Origin: Leptonemataceae bacterium
GTDB taxonomy: Bacteria; Spirochaetota; Leptospiria; Leptospirales; Leptonemataceae
Reading direction: 5' to 3'
Length of the DNA stretch: 64,000 nt
Assembly: GCA_965227295.1 (NCBI GenBank)
Contig: OZ245742.1
Span: forward strand, 544,001-608,000
Under the pieces are notes generated by a model. It saw nothing but the letters and a program-made list of their open reading frames with translations. It was not told the DNA's origin and made no database searches. Positions within the stretch are counted from its first letter, which is position 1, and every line of letters begins with the position of its first letter. Position numbers and translations under genes: made by a program. Of this stretch, positions 1 to 9,286 are shown piece after piece.

Positions 1-600
1 GGCATCAGCGAGCCGGCCAGGGAACTCTGCGCCGAGTTCTGCGACGTCTTTTTGATGTGGCCGGAAACGGAAGATCGCATCGCCGACACCATGAAGGACA
101 TGTCCGCCCGCGCCGCGAAGTACGGGCGCAAAATCGACTTCGGCTATCGAGTGCACATGATCGTTCGCGACACCGAAGAAGAAGCGCGGGCCTGCGCACG
201 GCGCCTGGTCTCCAAACTCGACGCCGGCCGCGGCGAAGAGATCAAGCACCGTTCCCTGGACTCGAAGTCCGCCGGCGTCATGCGCCAGGACGCCCTGCGC
301 GAAACCGCCGACGCCGAGGGATACATCGAACCGCATCTCTGGAGCGGCATCGGTCAGGCGCGTTCCGGCTGCGGCAGCGCCATCGTCGGCGATCCGGAGC
401 AGGTGCGCGCGAAGTTGCAACGCTACATCGATCTGGGCTGCCGCGCCTTCATACTTTCGGGCTATCCCTTAATCGAGGAATGCGAACACTTTGCGAAGCA
501 CGTCCTGCCGCACATGCAAACGGTCCGTCTCGCGAAGGCCCAGGGTCGCCTGCCGGAGTCGGAGCCGGTCACGCCGCTGACCACCGGAGAACGCAAATGA
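1..600 (+). CDS. LLM-class flavin-dependent monooxygenase (SsuD-like), 5'-truncated by window edge
   Basis: Frame is open from base 1 ([22 protein letters not shown]...). Motifs '[17 protein letters not shown]', '[23 protein letters not shown]' and '[12 protein letters not shown]' resemble the C-terminal half of luciferase-like alkanesulfonate monooxygenases. Confidence 0.85.
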   Translation, partial: GISEPARELCAEFCDVFLMWPETEDRIADTMKDMSARAAKYGRKIDFGYRVHMIVRDTEEEARACARRLVSKLDAGRGEEIKHRSLDSKSAGVMRQDALRETADAEGYIEPHLWSGIGQARSGCGSAIVGDPEQVRAKLQRYIDLGCRAFILSGYPLIEECEHFAKHVLPHMQTVRLAKAQGRLPESEPVTPLTTGERK

Positions 601-1523
601 GCAAGAGTATTCCCCGCATACAAATGTCCGGCAGCGCCGGCGGCCCCGAGGTCTCACGCTTAGCTTACGGTGTGTGGCGGTTAACGGAGGACCCCGACGG
701 CCACACACCGGCCCGTGTCCTTGCAAAGATCGACGCCTGCCTCGAAGCCGGCATCACCACCTTCGATCACGCCGACATCTACGGCGGCTACGCCTGCGAA
801 GAAGCCTTCGGACGCGCCGTCAGAGAACGCCCGGAGCTGAAAGACCAAATCGAAATCATAACGAAGTGCGGCATCATGCTGGTCGACCCCGCGCGGCCGC
901 ACAACCGCATCAAACACTACAACCTCACTTCGAAGCACATCATCGAAAGCGCCGATCGTTCGTTGCAGAACATCGGCGTGGACACTCTGGACGTGTTGCT
1001 GCTGCACCGCCCGTCCCCCATGATGGACCCGGACGCGGCGGCCTCGGCGTTCACGATCCTCAAACAACAGGGCAAGATCCAACACGCCGGCGTTTCGAAC
1101 TTCACGCCGGCGCAGTTTGCAGTGTTACAATCGCGCCTGGACTTCCCCCTCGTTACAAACCAAATCGAAATCCATCTGCTGCGCCTGGACCCGTTCCTGG
1201 ACGGCAGCCTGGATCAGTGCCAGGAGTATCGCATCGCGCCCATGGCCTGGAGCCCCACCGGCGGCGGGCGCGTGTTTACCGGCACGGGAGTACGCGAGAT
1301 TCGCGTGCGTAACATGCTGGAAGGCCTGGCAAATAAATACAATGCGCGTCCTGATCAAATTCTGTACGCCTGGTTGCACAAACATCCTGCGAACATCGTG
1401 ACGGTGCTCGGGACGAACAACGTGGAGCGCATCCGATCCGCGGCCGGCAGCTTCGGCGTGGACCTGGAGTTGCAGGATTGGTTCGAATTATGGAGCGCGA
1501 GCACCGGCGAAGAGGTGCCGTGA
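597..1523 (+). CDS. Aldo/keto reductase (YdhF-like)
   Basis: ATG at 597 overlaps the upstream stop (ATGA). Motifs '[14 protein letters not shown]', 'LLLHRP', 'GVSNF', 'TNQIEI', 'PMAWSP'. Confidence 0.92.
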   Translation: MSKSIPRIQMSGSAGGPEVSRLAYGVWRLTEDPDGHTPARVLAKIDACLEAGITTFDHADIYGGYACEEAFGRAVRERPELKDQIEIITKCGIMLVDPARPHNRIKHYNLTSKHIIESADRSLQNIGVDTLDVLLLHRPSPMMDPDAAASAFTILKQQGKIQHAGVSNFTPAQFAVLQSRLDFPLVTNQIEIHLLRLDPFLDGSLDQCQEYRIAPMAWSPTGGGRVFTGTGVREIRVRNMLEGLANKYNARPDQILYAWLHKHPANIVTVLGTNNVERIRSAAGSFGVDLELQDWFELWSASTGEEVP

Positions 1524-1533
1524 GTCATTTATC

Positions 1534-1941
1534 ATGGCCGGTTACTCAGGCACACCGCTCGTTAAGAAGCTCGGCATCAAGGCCGGCACGTCTGTCTACA
1601 TCAAAAACGCGCCGGTCGATTACGCGACACTCGTCCCCGGAATCCCCGCGGACACCGTCATCGCGGCGCGCCTTAAGAAAGGTCTCGACTTCGCGCACGT
1701 CTTCTTCAAGAAACGCGCGGAGCTCGACGCGTTCTTAAAGAAGGCGCGCGCTTCGATCGCCGTGGACGGCTGTGTGTGGGTTTCCTGGCCGAAGAAAGCG
1801 TCCGGCGTAACGACGGACATCACCGAAGACGTGATCCGCGAGCTGGCGTTGCCGCTGGATTTCGTGGACGTGAAAGTCTGCGCGGTGGATGAAACGTGGT
1901 CCGGGCTGAAGCTGATGATTCGCAAGGAGAAGCGAATGTAA
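1534..1941 (+). CDS. DUF3052-like protein
   Basis: 'MAGYSGTPLVKKLGIK...WVSWPKKASGVTTDITED...DVKVCAVDETWSGLK' matches this family. Confidence 0.85.
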   Translation: MAGYSGTPLVKKLGIKAGTSVYIKNAPVDYATLVPGIPADTVIAARLKKGLDFAHVFFKKRAELDAFLKKARASIAVDGCVWVSWPKKASGVTTDITEDVIRELALPLDFVDVKVCAVDETWSGLKLMIRKEKRM

Positions 1942-1974
1942 TTGACAGAATTCCACGATCCTCTAAGGCACAGC

Positions 1975-1996
1975 ATCTGCGGCGGTGCAGATTTTT
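1975..1996 (+). terminator. Putative intrinsic terminator
   Basis: ATCTGC-ggcggt-GCAGAT followed by TTTT, downstream of the + strand operon. Confidence 0.45.
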
Positions 1997-2042
1997 GAAG
2001 AGGCCGTTCCTTGTTCCGGGCAGCCTCTCATCCTCCTGTGAC

Positions 2043-2726
2043 CTATCTTTCACCAAACTCCTTCGCCGACGCGCTCTCCCGACTCACAATCGCCGGCGCC
2101 TCGTGAATCAATTCGTCGTTCGTCAGCGCCTCCACCATAAACAAAGCAAAGTCCACCCGCCGCGTGATGTTGCTCTTCAACACGGGGTCCTGCACATGCC
2201 GCGACCAAAGCGGCAAGCCCTGAGACGGCCCCTCCTCGAGATCACTGCCGCGCACCACGGTCCAGCGCGTGTCGCTTGCGAAAATGCGCCGGCACGCTTC
2301 CACCTGATCGTCGATCTCCACGAGCCTTAACATCTTCACAATCGCACCTACCACGGCCAGCGTCGCCCGAAACAGCCGGGAGTACTCGTCCTTGCCGTCC
2401 TTCGAAATGTGCCAGCCGCAGGAAAAGATCAAGCGCGCGTCGGGCTTCGCGAAGTCGAGCACCGCCTGGGCCGTGCCGGAAGAATACTGCTGCACGCCCC
2501 AGGGCACCAGCACCGTAAGCACGCCGGCGCAACCGTCGACGGCTTCGCGAATCACTTCGCGATCATTGGTCTTGCCGGGCACGATCGTCATGCGATCGGC
2601 AAACTCTTCGAGCTTCGGCACACTCTTTTCGCGGCACACGCCCACGACCTCGTAACCGCGATCCAGGCAGTGTTGGATCATGTAACGCCCGAGTTTTCCG
2701 GAAGCGCCGACAATGCAAACTTTCAT
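2043..2726 (-). CDS. NAD(P)H-binding oxidoreductase (atypical SDR / flavin-reductase-like)
   Basis: Likely start MKVCIVGASGKLG (Rossmann GxxGxxG), plus 'WTVVRG' and 'ITRRVDFALFM'. The track ORF extends upstream into the repeat array, and that extension is probably spurious. Confidence 0.88.
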   Translation of the reverse strand: MKVCIVGASGKLGRYMIQHCLDRGYEVVGVCREKSVPKLEEFADRMTIVPGKTNDREVIREAVDGCAGVLTVLVPWGVQQYSSGTAQAVLDFAKPDARLIFSCGWHISKDGKDEYSRLFRATLAVVGAIVKMLRLVEIDDQVEACRRIFASDTRWTVVRGSDLEEGPSQGLPLWSRHVQDPVLKSNITRRVDFALFMVEALTNDELIHEAPAIVSRESASAKEFGER

Positions 2727-2782
2727 ACAAGAAGCAACTGTGCGCGGCATCACACGGTCAAGAGATTCCCGTGCAAGAACAG

Positions 2783-3981
2783 GAATAGAGCGGGGCTCCG
2801 GAGCGCACCTTCGCTTGCCGTATCTTAAAATCAGGACGCCGTTCCGGTGCGCGCCCCACCTTTCCCCGGCACAACCTCCGTGGGTGGGGAACATCTGCCG
2901 CGGCCACGACAAGCGTGGCCTTGCCCCTGGAACCAGCCGTGACCATAAAAGGCTAATGTACACTGGCCGACACTTACACCACGATTCAGAGCGTGCTCGA
3001 ACGAACAAAACTTCCCGGTAGTTCAAGAGCCGCGGTTCGAGGCGGTTGCCGCAAGAAACATGAAGTAAACTGCGCAACCGTGAAGGGCCTTTTTGGGCTA
3101 CGGCTCTACGGAGTTGTGGTATGTCGTTTTGCAAAGAACGCGGGATTCGACCCGGACGTCGGTTGTGCGACTCAGCTATCGCGAATCCGCACCCGCTCCG
3201 CCCCGCGGATAGAGCGGGGCTCCGGGGTGCGGATTCGCTTGATGTGCACTTTCAATTTTTGAGGCTCAGACACCGGGAACATACCGTACCGTTTCTCACG
3301 GTGGAGACGCCGTTCCGGTGCGCCTTACCACATTCCCCGGCATAACCTCCGTTCATCTGCTGGAACCAGCCGTACCCATAAAAGGCTTAATGCACACTGG
3401 CCGCCACTTACACCACGACTCGGGGCATGCTCGAACGAATAAAGCTTTCCGGTAATCCAGGAGCCGCGGTTCGCTACCGTCGTCGTGAGAAACAGGAAGT
3501 AAGTTGCGCAACGGTAAAGGGATTTGTATGGCTACGGCTTTGCGGGAGTTGTGGATTTTCGTTTTGTTAAGATGGTCCGCTTCGACCCGGACGTCGGTTT
3601 GTGACTCAGCTATCGCGAATCCGCACCCGCTCCGCCCCGCGAATAGAGCGGGGCTCCGGAGCGCACCTTCGCTTGCCGTATCTTAAAATCAAGACGCCGT
3701 TCCGGTGCGCCTTACCACGCTCCCCGGTGCTGGAACCAGCCGTACCCAAAAAAGGCTTAATGTAAACTGGCCGCCACTTACACCACGATTCGGGGCATGC
3801 TCGAACGAATAAAGCTTTCCGGTAATCCAGGAGCCGCGGTTCGTAACGGTTGCTGCAAGAAACATGAAGTAAGTTGCGCAACGGTAAAGGGATTTGTATG
3901 GCTACGGCTTTGCGGGAGTTGTGGAATTTCGTTTTGCAAAGAACGCCGACTTCGACCCGGACGTCGGATTGCGGCTCAGCT
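2783..3981. repeat. Tandem array of three diverged 340-435 bp non-coding palindromic units (2783-3206, 3207-3640, 3641-~3981)
   Basis: Shared blocks recur in the same order: ATAGAGCGGGGCTCCGG, GACGCCGTTCCGGTGCGC, TGGAACCAGCCGT, CACTTACACCACGA, TGCTCGAACGAA, GAGCCGCGGTTCG, GGCTACGGCT, TTCGACCCGGACGTCGG, CTCAGCT. Confidence 0.95.
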
Positions 3982-4026
3982 CCGTATTCCACTTGCCGTG
4001 CGCGAACGGAATTCCGTCAATGATCC

Positions 4027-4242
4027 GTGACGTCCGACTATCGCATCCAGATCGGCTTCGCCGGGGAACATCGCGCGACCGCCGCACGCCTGTACGCGGA
4101 GGCGTTTCGGGGTAAATTCGCCAACGTCCTCGGCGACGTCGACGCAGTCGCATGGCCGTTCCGACGACTCGTCGGCGTGAGCGGAGTCACCACGATGATC
4201 AAGCAACTACAGAATAAAGTCGGACAAAAACACTTTCCATAA
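4027..4242 (+). pseudogene. Probable internally deleted GNAT acetyltransferase remnant
   Basis: 'IQIGFAGEHRATAARLYAEAFRGKFANVLG' resembles the N-terminus of a GNAT subfamily and 'WPFRRLVGVSGVTTMIK' its C-terminus. The acetyl-CoA-binding core is missing (71 aa). Confidence 0.45.
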
Positions 4243-4269
4243 TAACACACCAACATAGACTTCCGCAGA

Positions 4270-6066
4270 ATGTTCGCCACGCTGGATCTCGCTATCTTCG
4301 TCCTCTTCCTCGCCCTCGTCATGGCCGTGGGTCTCATCGCCGGGCGGCGGGAGGATTCCAGCGAGGACTACTTCCTGGCCGGCCGCTCCATCCCCTGGTG
4401 GGGCGTCGCGGGCTCCATCTTCGGCACGAACGTCAGCGCGAATCACATCGTCGGCATGATGGGCATCGGCTTTTCCATCGGCTTCGCGCAAACGCACTTC
4501 GAAATCGGCGCGGTACTTGCGCTTTTGATTCTCGCGTACATCTTTTTGCCGGTTTACCTGAACCTGCGCATCTTTACGCTCAGCGAATACCTCGGCAAAC
4601 GCTACGGCCAGACGGCTTCGTTGCTCTACACGATCATCCTCATCGTACTCATCCTCGTACAAATGACGGCGGCTTTTTACATCGGCTCTCGCTCGCTCAT
4701 CTTACTGCTCCAGGGAACCATGATCGAACCGTCCTACATCGGCGGCGTGTGGATCCTGGTCTTCATCACCAGCGCGTATACGATCTTCGGCGGACTCAAG
4801 GCCGTGGTCTGGACCGACGTCATCCAATCGGCGTTGTTGCTCATCGCCGGGATCATCGTGGCGGTGCTGACGTTCGCGCAGCCGGAGGTCGGCGGCTGGA
4901 GCGGCATGATGGCGGCGGACGCCGCCCGCCCCGCCGCCGAACAAAAGATGCATCTGTATCTGCCGTCGGATCATCCGGAACTGCCCTGGACCGGCGCGCT
5001 CACCGGGCTGTTGTTTCTGCACGTCTTCTTCTGGGGAACGAACCAGTACCTCGTCCAGCGGGCTCTCGCGGCGAAGAGCGTCGCCGAAGCCCGCGTGGGC
5101 ATCTTCACCGGCGGTTTCCTTAAGTTACTCGTACCGTTCTTTAGCATAGCCGGTGGAATCGCCGCGGCGCAGTTGTTTACACAACGCCTGGACGTCCTCC
5201 CCGATCCGGACGAAACCTTCCCCGTCCTCGTAAGCCTCGTCATACCCCAGGGCTACGGTATCGTCGGCATCGTGCTCGCCGGTTTGATGGGCGCCATCAT
5301 CTCCACCATCGACTCCATGATGAACTCCGCGGCCACGTTGACGACCATCGACATCTACAAACGTTACTTCAATCCGAACGCCGACGACACGAAGATGATC
5401 CTCGTCGGCCGGCTGACCATCGCAGCCATCGTCCTCGCGGCGGCCCTGGCGGCGATCACGACCTACGATCCGAGCTCCAACGACAACTTCTTCCTGGCAG
5501 TGTCGGCGCAATCATCCTACTTCACGCCGGGCCTCGTGGCGGCTTTCGTACTGGGCATGTTCTATCGCGGAGCGCGCCCCACCGGCGCCGTCGCGGCCAT
5601 CGTGGCCACGCCCTTCGTGTCCGTCGGCATCCAGTTCTTCTACAATCATGTACTCGCCGAAACGGCGTTGTCGACTTACCTCGGCGCGGAGCTGAACTTC
5701 ATGCACCGCGTCGCCTTCGTAACCGTTGCCATGCTTCTGTTACACGTCGTCGTGAGCGCCTTCGAAACCAGGCAGCAAGAACGCGAACAGTATCTCTGGA
5801 TCGAAGCCACCGACGCCACCGCGGCCGGTATGCGCCGCATCCTCACGGGCTTCGGCGTCTTTTTGATCTTTCACATCGTCCTGGCCACGTTAATGGTAAA
5901 CGAGGCCGTCGTCTCGTCCGTAGCCGCCTGGATCAGCGCCGTGTTTACGCTGTCCCTCTTCATCGTAAACATGCGCCGTTCTCCGGCGGATTTCTACCGC
6001 GACGATCGTTTCTTCGCGGGCCTGTTATCCGCGGGGGCCATGTTTATCATGTTCTATTTTTACTAA
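4270..6066 (+). CDS. Sodium:solute symporter (SSS family)
   Basis: 'DYFLAGRSIPWW', 'YTIFGGLKAVVWTDVIQ', 'NQYLVQRALAAKS'; many transmembrane helices. Confidence 0.95.
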   Translation: MFATLDLAIFVLFLALVMAVGLIAGRREDSSEDYFLAGRSIPWWGVAGSIFGTNVSANHIVGMMGIGFSIGFAQTHFEIGAVLALLILAYIFLPVYLNLRIFTLSEYLGKRYGQTASLLYTIILIVLILVQMTAAFYIGSRSLILLLQGTMIEPSYIGGVWILVFITSAYTIFGGLKAVVWTDVIQSALLLIAGIIVAVLTFAQPEVGGWSGMMAADAARPAAEQKMHLYLPSDHPELPWTGALTGLLFLHVFFWGTNQYLVQRALAAKSVAEARVGIFTGGFLKLLVPFFSIAGGIAAAQLFTQRLDVLPDPDETFPVLVSLVIPQGYGIVGIVLAGLMGAIISTIDSMMNSAATLTTIDIYKRYFNPNADDTKMILVGRLTIAAIVLAAALAAITTYDPSSNDNFFLAVSAQSSYFTPGLVAAFVLGMFYRGARPTGAVAAIVATPFVSVGIQFFYNHVLAETALSTYLGAELNFMHRVAFVTVAMLLLHVVVSAFETRQQEREQYLWIEATDATAAGMRRILTGFGVFLIFHIVLATLMVNEAVVSSVAAWISAVFTLSLFIVNMRRSPADFYRDDRFFAGLLSAGAMFIMFYFY

Positions 6067-6105
6067 TATGATGTGATGTGAATGTGCCCGGGCATGCCGT
6101 GTGAC

Positions 6106-6450
6106 TTATCCCCGCTTCCACAACGGCAACGCCGTCCCGCGCCGCTCCACAATCCGCACCCGCGCGCCCCGCATCACGCACTCCATATTCCAACCGACCA
6201 AATCCACGTCCGCTAAGTTCTTCTCCGCACGCCTTAAGAGCCGTCCGGCCCCGTACTCGTTCTTCCGCGTCCAGTGTAAGAGCGCCGCGGCGAGTTGCAC
6301 CAGGCCCTGATAGACCCGGGACGCCTCGCCTTCCCGACGGCCGTGCAGAATCCACAGTTCCTCCATCTTCTCGTGCGCCGCATAAAAGTCCCCCGCGTTA
6401 AACAAGCGCACGTATTCATGAAGCAAAGGATGATCGCTTTCAATCTTCAT
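6106..6450 (-). CDS. DUF309 domain protein
   Basis: 'LFNAGDFYAAHEKMEELW...YQGLVQLAAALLH...GA' is the DUF309 signature. Confidence 0.88.
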   Translation of the reverse strand: MKIESDHPLLHEYVRLFNAGDFYAAHEKMEELWILHGRREGEASRVYQGLVQLAAALLHWTRKNEYGAGRLLRRAEKNLADVDLVGWNMECVMRGARVRIVERRGTALPLWKRG

Positions 6451-6595
6451 CTGAGCAGGCTGTGCAGGACATAATCCCGGGCGTAAAAATTTGCACGGTT
6501 ACACGGATTCGAGGGGTTTCCGTTGCAAAAAACGCTGACGTTCCGTCTTATAGTATAATACCAGGCAGCGCCGATCTGTCCGCCCGGGTTATGCT

Positions 6596-7516
6596 ATGAT
6601 CTCATCCACCGCCGCAGCAGATTCCCCCCGTTCGGTCCGCCCGTCGGATCTCATGGGGCAGCGCGGCTGGTTATCGCTGGCATTGATCGCTCTGGAATGG
6701 ACCCTCGTCGTCGGGCTTGCGGTGCTCGGCGAAATCGTTCCCCGCCCCTGGTCGTTTGCAGTCTACCCCGTCATCGCCTTTCTCATCGGCGGCCGCATGA
6801 TCTCCCTCGCCGAGGTCATCGGACACGACTCGGTGCACAACAATCTCTTCAAACATCGCGGCCTCAACCGCCACCTGGACTTTCTCTGGTTCCTGCCGCT
6901 CTTCGAAACCTGGGACTCGTATCGCGAGGCCCACGAACGCCATCACGCGTTTCTCCTGAGCCCGCAGGATCCGGCTTACCAGGACTACGAGCGCTGGGGT
7001 CTCTTCCGGCCGAACGTGAACTGGTTTTACGTCTGGTTCATCCGCCCGTTCTTATTCTTCGACACGCTCTACATGATCCGCAGCATCGCGGAGGGACTGT
7101 GGACCGACGCGGCCTATCGCCGGCGCCTCCTGGCGTTCTGGATTCCCGTCACCGCCGCCTGCGCCTACTTCGGCGCTCTGGACCTGCTCTTCTGGTACTG
7201 GCTGCTCCCGCTCTTCTGGGCCTACCCGGCCATCCTCTTCTGGTCCGAAACGGGCGAGCACTTCCGCACGCCCGTCGGCGATTCCCGCAATACCTTCGGC
7301 CTGCTCGAATACTGCATGATCAGCCCGCACTACGATCGCTATCACGCGGTGCACCATCGCTATCCGCGCATTCCCTGGTTTCGACTCAAGCAGGCCACCC
7401 GGATGCTCGCCGGCCCCGGCGACGCCTCGCGGTCGAGCGGCTTTCTGGATCTCTACCGGCAAATGCGAAACGAAAGCCTGCCGCGAATTGCGAAGCGTAC
7501 TTCGCGCGCGGCCTGA
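6596..7516 (+). CDS. Membrane fatty-acid desaturase family protein
   Basis: Three His boxes (HDSVH, HERHH, HAVHH) and hydrophobic segments. Confidence 0.9.
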   Translation: MISSTAAADSPRSVRPSDLMGQRGWLSLALIALEWTLVVGLAVLGEIVPRPWSFAVYPVIAFLIGGRMISLAEVIGHDSVHNNLFKHRGLNRHLDFLWFLPLFETWDSYREAHERHHAFLLSPQDPAYQDYERWGLFRPNVNWFYVWFIRPFLFFDTLYMIRSIAEGLWTDAAYRRRLLAFWIPVTAACAYFGALDLLFWYWLLPLFWAYPAILFWSETGEHFRTPVGDSRNTFGLLEYCMISPHYDRYHAVHHRYPRIPWFRLKQATRMLAGPGDASRSSGFLDLYRQMRNESLPRIAKRTSRAA

Positions 7517-7532
7517 GGCGCGAAGAGTCTCT

Positions 7533-7574
7533 AAAAACAAAAACGGCCCGCTTGGATGGCAAGCGCGCCGTTTC
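7533..7574 (-). terminator. Intrinsic terminator downstream of tRNA-Val
   Basis: AAACGGC-C-CGCTTG/CAAGCG-C-GCCGTTT hairpin preceded on + by A-runs (U-tract on the minus strand). Confidence 0.7.
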
Positions 7575-7576
7575 TG

Positions 7577-7650
<74 letters not shown>

Positions 7651-7803
7651 ATCATCCAGATGTCAGAGTACTGGAAACAATCCGGGGCGTGCTTCCGGCG
7701 TCAATTGATATATTCTTGACACGATCTGAAAAACGGATGAACTCGGAGTTCGTTTTGCGCATCCAACCCCACGCAGGGCGCTGCACACACAGGAAGCACC
7801 ATC

Positions 7804-9249
7804 ATGAAAAAGATTCTCATCATCGCCGGTTCCGTCATCGGCGTCATCCTCGTCATTCTCATCGGCGTTTCGATGTATGTCTCATCGCTCATTAACGAAG
7901 ACTTCGTCGTGCAGCAGGTCGAGGGCACATTCAATCTTCGCGCCGAACTCGCCGAATTGAATGTCGGTCTCTTCTCCGGCGCGAGCGTAGAACTCCGGGG
8001 TGTCGCCCTGGGACCGCGGGATTCCTACGCGAACAAGGGCACGCCCCTCAGCGAGCGGAAGCCCATGACGAACAAAACCATCTCCGCCGACAACGTGAAA
8101 CTATCCCTGCAGCTGTTTCCGCTCATGGACGGGCGGCTGGTCGTTGAGGAGTTCATCTTCCGCAAACCGGTGGTCAACCTGGTCATGTACCGCAGCGGCT
8201 CCAATAACCTGGGCGGCCTCTTCACCACGCCCAGAGTCGTAAACGGCGAACGCAATCCCGCGCTGGACGCCCCGAAGCAACAACCCGCCGAACCGGAAGA
8301 GGGAGCCGACGAACCGTTCCAGGCCAAACACCTCGGCCTGGCCGGCACCATCGATACCGCCGGCATCGAAAACGGCACCCTCAACATGCGCCTGGCCGCC
8401 GGCGACAAACTCGAATTCCGCGGCCTGGAACTCTGGCTCACGGACATCGACATCGATCCCGAGGATCTCGAGAACCACAACTCCGCGTATCTCAGTCTGG
8501 ATACAGTGGTACACGCCATCAGCCGTCAGGGTCAGGAAGTCGGTAAGTTCATCCTTGAGTCCGACGGCAAAATCGTACCGTTCGATCCTAAAACCGGCGA
8601 GGTGGCGCTGAACATCCGCTACGATCTAAATCTCGCCCAGAGTTCCTTCGTCACCGGCTTCGCGGTGGTCGACAAACTCGCCGGCGATCTGCCGGACCTG
8701 CGCCAGGCCGGCGTGAAAATGAACGATCTCGCGAAAAAGGCCGAACTCATTCGTGACGTGAAGCTGAACGTAGAGTACGGTCGCGGCCTGTTAAAGTTTC
8801 TCGACGACTCCATGCTGCCGACGAAGCACTACGATTTCGGATTACAAAAGGGCAGTACCATCCGCCTCGCCGACAGCACGCACCGCTTCCGCGGACAATT
8901 GCTCGCATCCGAAAGCGAAACCGACGTCGCCCTGGCCGGCCTGGACCGCGAACTCACGAACGCCCTCAAAGGTACCGGCGCCGATCCCAAAGAAATTCGC
9001 AACAAAGCCCTGGCTCAGGTCATCAAGGACGGGCGCCTGCACTTCAACTTTCTCTCTTCCGGCCCTCTCGCCAACCCGAACGTGGATCTGCTCGCGGAAA
9101 TTCCTTCCATCACGGCCATGATCAAGAGCGCCGGCGGCGACGTTCTGCGTTCGAAACTGGACTCCGAGCTCAAGAAAGTACTCCCGGGCAAACTGGGGGA
9201 CGACATCGGGGATGAAGCGAAGGATCTGATCAACAAGTTCGGCTTCTAA
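7804..9249 (+). CDS. AsmA-like membrane-anchored protein
   Basis: N-terminal TM anchor 'MKKILIIAGSVIGVILVILIG', then a beta-rich region with 'ISADNVKLSLQLFPL...PVVNL...GSNNL' and C-terminal 'SGPLANPNV'. Confidence 0.75.
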   Translation: MKKILIIAGSVIGVILVILIGVSMYVSSLINEDFVVQQVEGTFNLRAELAELNVGLFSGASVELRGVALGPRDSYANKGTPLSERKPMTNKTISADNVKLSLQLFPLMDGRLVVEEFIFRKPVVNLVMYRSGSNNLGGLFTTPRVVNGERNPALDAPKQQPAEPEEGADEPFQAKHLGLAGTIDTAGIENGTLNMRLAAGDKLEFRGLELWLTDIDIDPEDLENHNSAYLSLDTVVHAISRQGQEVGKFILESDGKIVPFDPKTGEVALNIRYDLNLAQSSFVTGFAVVDKLAGDLPDLRQAGVKMNDLAKKAELIRDVKLNVEYGRGLLKFLDDSMLPTKHYDFGLQKGSTIRLADSTHRFRGQLLASESETDVALAGLDRELTNALKGTGADPKEIRNKALAQVIKDGRLHFNFLSSGPLANPNVDLLAEIPSITAMIKSAGGDVLRSKLDSELKKVLPGKLGDDIGDEAKDLINKFGF

Positions 9250-9286
9250 CTTAACTGTTACGCCGCTTAACTTACTGTGTAGCGGC

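Noticed and set aside
57-596. N-terminal 180 aa of the 488-aa ORF as a fusion
   Set aside because: Arg-rich shadow frame over the monooxygenase gene; the aldo/keto reductase starts at the ATGA overlap (597).
2783-3981. CRISPR array or group II intron fragments
   Set aside because: Units are ~430 bp and homologous along their length, with no unique spacers or cas genes. No domain V/VI consensus or reverse transcriptase ORF is visible.
2727-4030. Short track ORFs in the array and the 136-aa N-terminal extension of the 2043-3134 ORF
   Set aside because: Frames are not preserved between repeat copies, and the recognisable protein starts at MKVCIVG (2726).
6067-6087. ATGTG-like micro-repeat between convergent genes
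   Set aside because: Too short and imperfect to distinguish from chance.
6523-6559. Complete sigma70 promoter for the desaturase
   Set aside because: TTGCAA and TATAAT are present but 25 bp apart (20 bp to TATAGT), so only a -10 element is supportable.
9247-9286. CTTAACT duplication and GCCGCT/AGCGGC stem after the AsmA gene
   Set aside because: Weak stem, long loop and no U-tract; its resemblance to 54345-54360 is too short to be significant.
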